From the NCBI RefSeq assembly GCF_009914755.1, contig NC_060925.1: a DNA stretch of 64,000 nucleotides; one strand, written 5' to 3'. This DNA comes from the human T2T-CHM13v2.0 reference genome, Homo sapiens. A model generated the notes under the pieces. That model had not been told where the DNA came from. It did no database searches and worked only from the letters and a program-made list of their open reading frames with translations. Of the stretch, positions 52,948 to 64,000 are shown in pieces. How positions within the stretch are numbered: position 1 is the first letter of the stretch; each line of letters begins with the position of its first letter. Made by a program: the position numbers and the translations under genes.

Positions 52948-53253
52948 TCTGGGATGTGCGGCAGCTCACACCTGTGATCCCAGTGCTTTGGAAGGCCGAG
53001 ACAGGTGGATTGCTTGAGCCCAGGAGTTCAAGACCAGCATAAGCAACATAGCAAGACTCTGTCTCTACAAAAAAAATTCAGAAAAAATTAGTTGGGCGTG
53101 GTGTAAAAAATTATAGACCTGCACCTGCAGTCCCAGCTACTTGGGAAGTCAGGGAGGTCAAGCCTGGGAGGTTGAGGCTGCAGTAAGCAAGGATCACACC
53201 ATCACCGCACTCCACCCTGGATGACAGGATGAGACCTTGACTTAAAAAAAAAA
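52948..53253 (+). mobile_element. Alu (AluJ-type)
   Basis: ggattgcttgagcccagg dimer with poly(A); short insertion near 53100. Confidence 0.88.
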
Positions 53254-53329
53254 GCAGCAGCAAAGTCTGAACCATACCCAGAACCGCCATTACCTTACTG
53301 CTAGTATATGAGTGTGCATACAGTATGGG

Positions 53330-53359
53330 AACACACACACACACACACACACACACACA
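53330..53359. repeat. (CA)n microsatellite
   Basis: Pure AC run. Confidence 0.95.
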
Positions 53360-54099
53360 TCATACCATGCTGCCTCCCTTAAAGTCATGGTAAAAAGAGT
53401 CATGCCTCCCTTAAAGCCAGGAGCCATGTTCAGACTTCCCCATGCAGTAACACAATAATGGTAACACTCCAGGGCTCTCTCCGGGCCTGGACCACACTAG
53501 CACATCCTCTAATCTTTCATTAACCTTGGAATACTCTTGTCAGAGGCTCTCCCTGGATCCTTGACATAGCCCTATAATAGAGCCTGTCATTTTCATCACC
53601 TCTTCTTTTCACAGATAAGAATATTGACATTGAGCAAGGTCAAGCAACTTGCCCAAGTTTGCACTGCTAGCAAAGGGCAGAGCCCGTCTTGACCTCAGGC
53701 AGTCCCATGCCCAGCCGCCTGTGTTACACTGCCTGGAACCCCACATTGAATCCAACTGCAACCTTGAGAAGTGGGATTTGCTCATTTCTGCAGATGGGAA
53801 ACAGAGGCTGAGAGTTTAGAATCCTGAATTCAACAGAAAGACAGCCCTTGGTCAGCTCTTCCACTGCGGAGGGAATCTCTAGAGTGAGACCTAGTTTCTT
53901 GACCCAGACTAACCTGGAAATGATTTTCTGAGCATCACAGTGGCGGGCGCAAGGGGGAAGATCCACTAGCTCTTCCTTCCTGATTTCACTGGGGTCGCTG
54001 AACCAGAACTCCCACCTACTAAAAACTGAGCCTGGCTTCTCTTGCGCCTTGGGGAAGTGCCAGTTCCCTACCCTGTGGCCTGCGGTCCTCAGCCCTGCT

Positions 54100-54840
54100 T
54101 GTGTGAGGAAGGAGTCGCCGCTGAGAGGCTGTTCATGCCCTGGTTGTAGAGATTGGTGTTCCCCGATGGGAGTTGGGGACGCTGCCAGTCCCCTTTCAGC
54201 AGATGACAAGGAAGGAGGTCTCTGCAGCAGCCAGCTGCCCCTTGTGCCAGAGGCGATGAGCACCGGGCCTCCTGGCAGCGGCTGGGTTCCGCGGCAGCAC
54301 GGGCCGCTCCCCTGAGCCTGGGAAGGAGGACACAGAGACTGCCCAGGAGCAGCGCTGAGGGGGCCCTGGCGCCGGGGACTGTGGCCCCGACAACCCCCCA
54401 GAAGTCGCAGTGGCGTCGGCTCTTCTCCCTTGCTCTACTGCGGCTGGTGGAGGGGGCGGGACTGTCGACCTGATTCATCCAAGACACAATTTGAGGATGC
54501 TGGTGCTGCGCCGGCCGGACGCACTCCTCCGGAACTCCGGGAGCCGGGGAGGCCGGAGGGAGGGGTGTTCCCCGCAGCTCGCAGAGGTCAGCACAGCCCC
54601 AGCCCAGACTGGAGGAACTGACCGCGGCGTTCCTACCATTTATATGTCAGGGAGCGGCGGGAACCTGCAGGTGGGACCGCATGATTCCTGCTGAAGGACT
54701 CATCTGAGGCGAGTCTCTAGGAGGCTGGGCGTCCTCTGCACAACCCCGTCATGAGAGCAATTGGGTTTGCCCCCTGCCTGCCAGGACAGCGCCCTCAGCA
54801 CCCCTGTTGGCAGGGCCGCGGTCCAGGGCAGACGGCCCTC
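54100..54840. promoter_or_regulatory. CpG-island-like GC-rich segment
   Basis: Dense non-Alu CpGs, GC box GGGGGCGGG at 54452. Confidence 0.6.
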
Positions 54841-57024
54841 ACCTCCCAGGGCCTTGCAGGCAGCACCTTGTGCTAAAGTTGGCCTAAGCAGGAAGCTGCT
54901 CTCAGGGCATTTGAGAGAGGGGAGTGGGAATGCGAGCCAAAAGGAAGTCACGAAGATCAACTTAAAAATAGCACCCCCTCCAGGTCAGTCAGGAGGAGGA
55001 ACTTGTAGAAAAGCCAAGTTCTGATGGTGATGGCTCAGGGCGACGTCAGAAAAGCCCAAAAGCAAATCAGCAGAGGCCGGGCTTGGAGCACATCTCATGC
55101 TCTTATCAGCCTCAGCAAACCACTGCCAAGACCCCTTCTTCTCCTTAGACTTCCGCCCCAGCCAGCATCTGTTTCCTCTCCTAAATTTAAACAACCAGGT
55201 TAGTGAACTTGAGAGACCATTTCTGCCCAGAGAACAGCAGACCCTCCTACGCCCTCAACAGAACACACAGGACACACAATGACACCAACTCCTCCTCAGC
55301 TTCTGCTGGGTGAGTGGGGCCCAGGGTTTCTGAGAAGGCCTCAGCTCCCATTATTCCAGGCAGAAAGCCACAAAGCTGAAGTCTGAAGAAGACCTCAGCT
55401 TGAAAGAGAGTAGGCAGGCCAGATGGCTGGGTTGTCCCAGGTTGAGCAGTGTGTGATGCCTTCCAACACGGGATAAGGTGAAGGGGGCCCTCAGGAAAGC
55501 CAGAAATCCACAAAACAACACTTGTTCCACGGCCCCAGCCCTGAGTGTTGATGGGTAAACCTCTTAACACAGCTAGTATTGGGATAAATCAGACCTTCTG
55601 GCTTTTTCTAGGCACCATTCTCACTCTTATCTAAATAGAGCTGTTTGCTTAGGGGAAGGTGACAGCAACTACCTAGAACCTTTCCCTGGTTCTGCTGGCT
55701 TCTCAGTCCCAGACTATTATGGCCCCATCCCACACTCTCTCACTCTCACTCTCCCTTCCTCCCTCTGTCCCAAGTGCAGGAGTGCAAGCTCATGCTTGCG
55801 CATGTGTACACACACACACATGCACACACTAGCCTCATGGAAACATTTAGGGCAAAGAGGGATGTCTGAGGAACCCTCGATAAAGTCTCTCCTGGAGAGA
55901 CTGAGTCCATATCCTTTCTCTTAGGCTATCAGGCCTCAGACATTTCCAAGAAATGTTCTTCCTAAGTAGCTTTATGCTGCTATGGCAATACAGGGTGACT
56001 TCCTTGGATTTAGCAGTAGTCAATGGAAAAAAAAAAAAAGCGAGGACTGCTCCTGTTAATTGCATCCTGCTGTCTAGATTGCCTGTCACTCTCTTCTCTA
56101 CATACCCCAGGCCATTTGTTGCAGCCAAGCTACTAGATTTCTCTTCCTTTCCTTACATATAGAAAACTGGTTAAATGTGTCCTATTCTGAGAATTTGCCC
56201 TGAGTAGAGCATTTCTGAATTTCAGTCCACAAAAAACACATGCCAGAATCATACTAGGATTCAAAACCCCAGCCCTGCCACTTAGTGGCTGTGTGAGTTT
56301 TGGCAAATTGCTTTAATTGTTCTGAGCTTATTTTCACATCTGTAAAGTGAGACTGAAAGAGGTTAATAAAAGCCACTTCAAAGAGCTGTGAAGTGGATTC
56401 AATGAGATGTTAGTTATAGATACCTGGCACCTTGCCCAACAACCAAAAGTGGGTCCTCAGTGGGTTGATGCACTTTTCTACTGCTGCATGGATTATCTAT
56501 TTCTGTTTGGTGTGTTCCCCTTCATACTCCACATCAAAAACTTCAGAGCTTCTTATTAAAACCAGTGCCCCTCTCAGCATTAGCCTCATAATGACTCCCC
56601 AGTAATAACAGCAAATATTAGTTGAGTAGTTTCTATGCAGACTGGGTTCTTTTGTATCTTAACACATCCCTGTGAGGCGGATATCATTTTGTACCCATTT
56701 TATAGATAAGTAGGCTGAGGTTCAGTGACTTACTCAAGAACACATATGCAGTTCATGGTAGAGCCAGGATCTGGACCCAAGCAGGCTGGCTCCAGAGGAA
56801 CCACTTTTAACCTTTTTGCTATACCTGTGCTAACTGTTTGACAGATTGTGGCTCCCACTGTTAGGGACTTTTTCTGAATATAAGACAGACATGGATGGTC
56901 TTGATTTCTCCAGAATCTGGGTTTTAATCAGCCACACTGAATTGATCATTTGACAATGGTAGTTACCATTCATTCAGCATCTACTTATTTTAAGCCAGAC
57001 ACTTTGCATACATTATCTCAAAAC

Positions 57025-57253
57025 CAGGGTTTCTCAACCTCAACCCTATTGACATTGTGGACTGGATAACTCTTTGTTGTGAGGAGCTGAATGTGCACTG
57101 TAGGATGTTTAGCAGTAACCATGGCTTCTGCCCACTAAATGCCAGTAGCATCCCCACATCCAAGTCATGACAATCAAAAGCGTCTCCAGACATTACTAAA
57201 TGGTCCCTGGGAGAATTTGGAGGATGAGAATCACTCCAAGTTGAGAAACAGTG
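57025..57253. mobile_element. MER20-type DNA transposon
   Basis: cagggtttctcaacct...attgacatt...ggataactctttgttgt...gtctccagacatt...gttgagaaacagtg. Confidence 0.85.
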
Positions 57254-57546
57254 ATCTAAACGAGAAGCCTAAAGTTCAGAGAGGCTAAGCGATTTTCCCA
57301 AGGTCACAAGCCTGGCAGGCAGCAGAGACAGAATCTGAACCAAGCTTTGCCTAACAACAAGGTCCAAGTAGGATCATTACATCATGCTCTCTCCTAGTTC
57401 CTAAATAAGGAAGGTGTGAACTAGATACTGAAATCTACTTGCCCAGAAGCAATACCATTAATGCATTCTGATTCTCCTATGCCAATATGGTTCAAATTCT
57501 GAACTTACAACCTCTGGCTACTTAACAGAGCACAATCTAGATGTAA

Positions 57547-57942
<396 letters not shown>

Positions 57943-58389
57943 TAAGCTCTTATTTACAGTCCTGTGTCCCCTGAGTGTGCTATGAGGCTTGGTTTGAGCA
58001 CCTACTCCACTAGTTCTTCTGGAACCACTGAGAAGATCATGGTCTTGGGAAATAATGGCAGCACTTTGTGTTTCTTATCTTCAGCCATTGTTTAAAAGAG
58101 CTGAGGGCAGAATCACAACTCAAACTTCTGCCTGAGTTTCATTTCCTTTTGGTTCCAGATTAATTTATTAAAATCTTTATGAACACAAAATGGACTGAAT
58201 TTGCAAATGACTCCACAGCCTGTGACACGGAGAGATGTGTAATCAAAGAGAGACCACCAGGCACATAATTATCAAGTTGCCTACAGGAAGACTCATTCAC
58301 AGCAGAGTTGAAACTAACCCAAGCCCAGGTTTCTTTATCATTTTTTTTGTTCTCCCTTTCCCTCCCCGAGCTTAGTGCCTTTTCTCTTC

Positions 58390-58683
58390 TTTTTTTTTTT
58401 TTTGAGATGGAGTCTCACTGTCACCCAGGTTGGAGTGCAGTGGCATGATCTCGGCTCACTGCAACCTCCACCTCCCAGGTTGAAGTGATTGTCCTCCCTC
58501 AGCTTCCTGAGTAGCTGGGATTACAGGCACCTGCCACCACACCCAGCTAATTTTTGTATTTTTAATAGAGATGGGGTTTCACCATATCGTCCAGGCTGGT
58601 CTCGAACTCCTGACCTCAGGTGATCCACCTGCCTCGGCCTCCCAAAATGCTGGGATTACAGGCGTGAGCCACCGTACCTGGCT
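58390..58683 (-). mobile_element. Alu (AluSx-type)
   Basis: Full antisense dimer; TSD tgcctttttctcttcttt. Confidence 0.95.
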
Positions 58684-61195
58684 GCCTTTTTCTCTTCTTT
58701 GCTGGGCCCTGTTGTACACAGACCCGGTTAACCACTGTTAATATACTGTACATTAGCAAACAGGACGAACAGGAACCTCTTTCCATATGGTCTTCAATGC
58801 ACAGTCAAAAACAACAACAACTAATAGTAAATTCTGCAGGAAACTAAATAGGTTGTCATAAAGAGTGGGTTCACTGCCAGAGCCAGCTTGCTTTCTTTTA
58901 TGGAGGAAACGATAGTTAATAGCAGCTGCTACCCATGTTAGTGAAGTCCAAAGGCCTTGACAACCTTAGTACATGTGCAGTCAGGTAGCTGCCATCTCAG
59001 TGTTCCCCAAAATCTCCCCATGTGTTCCTCCTGACTAGAGTCATCACAGAAAAGTTTTTATTACAAGATCGTAAAATCAACAATCTCGCCAACAAGATAA
59101 TAAGATGATGATGGCAGAAGGGTGAGAGTAAATCTCAGTCTCCCGTGCAGGAAACTGGAAGATTAGGACTTTTACTTTAAGGCTGTGTAATTTCTTAACC
59201 AGGTGAATAGAAGGGGAGATGAAATTTAGTAGTAAAGGCAGAAACTGTCTCAGAGGTGCTTGTCAATGTAACTAAGAGACTGTTTTGGATGGAAGCCATT
59301 CATTTTTCAAATATATCTGAAAACAGTGTTTTTCAAACTACAGGTATCAACTCATTCAGGAATCCTGAAATCAACTTAGTGGATCATGACCACATTGCAT
59401 TTTCAGTTAAATGGAGTGGAATGGATATGTCAGACTACATTGTACATAGCAATGGTATTTTTGTTTCAGTTATATGTTTGTGTGCTGGTAGGTAGTAATC
59501 TGAAATGAATTCTCCTTATTTTATACCTTTATTGAAGTCTAATTAGCATGCAATAAATTGCATATATTTAAAGTGCACGCTTTGACTTATACAAGTTTTG
59601 GCATATGTATACACCTGTGAAACCATCACCACAGTCAAGATAATAAATATGGCCGTCGCTCCCAAGTCTCCTCATGCCTCTTTGTAATCCCTCCTTCCCA
59701 CCCCTTCCCACCCTATCCCCTAACTATTGATCTGCTCTCTGTTATTACAGATTAGTTTGTATTTTCTGTATAACTTTGGCATTCATCCATTTGTTGTGTG
59801 CATCAGTGGTTCATTCATTGTTAATGTTGAGTAGGATTCCATTGTGTGGATCTATCGTAATTTGCTTGTGCATTCACCTATTGATGGACATCTGGATTGT
59901 TTCCAGTTTGGGACTATTACAAATAAAGTTGTCATAAATATTTGTGAAGAAGTCTTGTGAGGACATGTTTTTGGGGTAAATACCTCGTTATGGGATGACT
60001 GGATCATACAGTGGATGCATTTCACTAAAGAAATTGCCAAATTTTCTTGTAAAATGATTATATCATTTTACATTCCCACCAGTAATGAATGAGAGTTCCA
60101 GTTTCTCCACATACATCCTCACCTGTGCTTGGAATGGTCAGTTGCTTTCGTTTTAGCCATTGTAGTGGTTACATAATGGTATCTCATTTTAATTTGCATA
60201 TGCCTACTAACCATTGAGACTGAGCATCTTCTTATGTGCTTTTTTGACATTTGTATATCATCCTTGGTGAAGTAACTATTAAATTTTGTGCCCATTTTTC
60301 TATTGGGTTATTCATATTCTTAATGAAGTTGTTAGAATTCTTTGTATATTTTAGTTATAAGTCTTTCGTCAGATATAAGATTTGCAAATCTTTTCTCCTG
60401 GTTTGTGGCCAACTTTTTACATTCTTAAGAGTGCCTTATGAAGGACAAAAGATTTCATCTTTACTGTTAATTTTTGCTCGTATATTTTGTGCTTTTGTGT
60501 TATATTTAAGAAATCTTTGCCAAACCCAAGGCCACTAGGACCTTCTCCTGTGTTTTCTCCTAGAAATTTTATAGTTTTAGTCTTATATTCAAGTCAATAT
60601 TACATTTCAAGTTAATTTTTGTATATGGTATGAGGTAAGGGTTGAGGTTCATTTTATTGCATATGGCTATTTAATTGCTTCAGCACCATTTGTTGAAAAG
60701 ATTGTCCTTTACCCATTCAGTTGTTTTGGCACCTTTCTTGAAAATCAATTGACCATATACGTATGGGTTTATTTCCATTTTTGCTCTGTATTGTGTTACA
60801 TCAATCTATTTGTCTATCTTTATACCAATACCACATCATCTTGATTGTTGTCATTTTACAGAAAGTCTTGAAATCAGGTATTATTGGTACTCCAACTTGG
60901 TTCTTTTTCAAAGTTGTTTTGGCTATTCTAGGTCTTTTGAATGTTCACATACATACATTTTAAAATCAGCTTTTCAATTTCTTCAAAAAAGTCTTCTAGG
61001 AATTTGATTGGATTGTGTTAAATTGACAAATCAGTTTAGGAGAGAATTGCCAATTCAACAACACATAATCTTACAATCTACGAACACACACATCATATCT
61101 CTCCACTTTATTTGTCGTTCTTTAATTTCTCTCAGCAATTCTCTGTAGTTTTCAGTGTTCAGATTTTACAAACCTTTTATTAAATGTACTCTTAA

Positions 61196-61506
<311 letters not shown>

Positions 61507-62552
61507 GGTATTGATCTTAAATTTCAGTGTCTCATGTTCATTACTAGAATAGAGAAATACAATTACTTTTTGTGTATTGAACTTATGTAGGATTTTCTAC
61601 ACAGGCAATCATTTCACCTGCAAAAAAAGAAGTCATACTCATCCCTTTTCAATCAGAATGTCTATTACTTCTTTTTCTTGCCTTATTCCACTGGCTAACT
61701 TTAGCACAATGTTAAATAGAAATGGAGAGAGTGGCCATGCTTACTTCTTCCTGATCTTAGGGGGAAAGCATTCAGTCTTTTATCATTAACTATGATGTTT
61801 GTTGTAGTTTTTTCACAGATGCCTTATATCCCATTGAGAATGTTTTTTTCTATTCCTACTTTACTAAGAGTTTATATCGGTGATACTGGATTTTGTCAAA
61901 AACTGTTTTCTGCATCTATTGACACAATGATATGGTTTTTATTATTTTAGATGTTAATATATGGATTATAAATTGGATTTTGCATAGTGAATAGACCTCT
62001 CATTTCTGGGATAAAGCCCACTTGGACACTATGTACCGTATTATTCTTTTTATATATTGTTAGACTCAACGTTGCTAAAGATTTTATGGTTCTTTTCCCC
62101 ATTTATCTAATGACAGCTATTGGTCTATGATTTTTTTTTCCTGTAATGTCGTCTGATTTCAATAACAAAGCAATGCTGGAAACTGAATAGGTTGTCACAA
62201 AGAGTGGATTTCATAGAACGAGCTGGGAAGTATTTTCTTCAATTTCTGGAAGAGTTTATGTGGAAATGGTAATCTTTCATTCTTAAATGTTTGATAAAAT
62301 TTACCAGTAAAACTATATGGGCTTCGAGTTTTCTTTATGTGAAAATTTGTAATATAAATTTAATTTATTTAGCTTTGACAGTTTGTCTTTAAAATTTTTG
62401 TTCCATGTTATCTAAATTGTTGAATTTCTTGGCATAAAATTGTAAATAATATTTACTGATTATCCTTTCAGTGTGTATGGGAGCCGTAGTTATGTGCCCT
62501 TTTTAATTCTTGATATTATTAATTTAGTCTTTTTCTTGATCAATCAGACTAA

Positions 62553-63018
<466 letters not shown>

Positions 63019-63298
63019 TTCTTTTTCTTTCTTATGGTGAAAATTGAGGAAATCTATTTGAGACCTTTCTTATTCTTTAAAAAAAATTTTAAATGACATA
63101 TTTACTGGAGTTGTGCCTTTTCTACCACACTGGGTGAAATAAACTTGTCAGTAGTATGGTTTTGTCACTTTCTGGAACACTTGGTAACATAGATAATTAG
63201 TGCTATCAATTTCCCTCTAAGCACTGCTTTAGCTGTGTTCTACAAATTTTGATGTTATATTTTTACTTTACTCTTATTTATTTCAAAGTACTTCCTAA

Positions 63299-63706
<408 letters not shown>

Positions 63707-64000
63707 TGACTTCTAATTTAATTCCATGTGTTGAGAGAACAGTTTGTATGATCTAAATCCTTTTAAATGTATTGAAACTTATGTTTAATTGGTAAATGTT
63801 CTATGTGCACTTGAAAAAGATATGTATTCTACTGTTGTTGTGTGGATAGGTCTATAACTGCCAGTTTGGCCTAGTTTATTGATGGTGTTATTCAGTCTTT
63901 CTATATGCTTGCTGACTTCCTGTCTACTTGTTCTAAAATTACTGAGGGAGAGGATTTAAAATTTTGACTATAATTGTGAATTTGTCTGTTTCTTCTTGCA

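Noticed and set aside
53724-55024. Cluster of overlapping ORFs up to 179 aa
   Set aside because: Expected from stop-codon scarcity in GC-rich DNA; no domains or exon structure.

Overview
Human genomic DNA, recognisable as the 1p13.2 C1orf162 - TMIGD3 - ADORA3 locus; the first ~1 kb is probably the ATP5PB 3' UTR. I rebuilt three spliced genes from GT/AG boundaries. (1) C1orf162 (+): 5 coding exons, 130 aa, or 155 aa with an upstream acceptor; single TM and two tail tyrosine motifs. (2) TMIGD3 (-): signal-peptide, IgV, stalk, TM and tail exons; 208 aa from its own ATG, or 347 aa when fused to ADORA3 exon 1. (3) ADORA3 (-): 2 exons, 318 aa; this copy has Leu248. The rest is Alu/L1/L2/LTR/DNA-transposon sequence, a U6 pseudogene, micro- and minisatellites, two CpG-enriched islets and a strong CTCF motif. 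Lead hypothesis: the convergent neighbours C1orf162 and TMIGD3 share a stalk/TM intron-phase signature (1-2, 2-1) and have complementary parts (ITIM tail without ectodomain versus CD300-type IgV without a signalling motif). They may be halves of an ancestral CD300-like receptor, possibly acting as a receptor/inhibitory-adaptor pair. Also notable: a poly(A)-tailed copy of ADORA3's own mRNA 3' end in its intron, a CFTR-like (TG)nT4 acceptor at the Ig exon, and a topologically coherent GPCR-Ig chimera. Repeat subfamily calls and boundaries are by eye and approximate.
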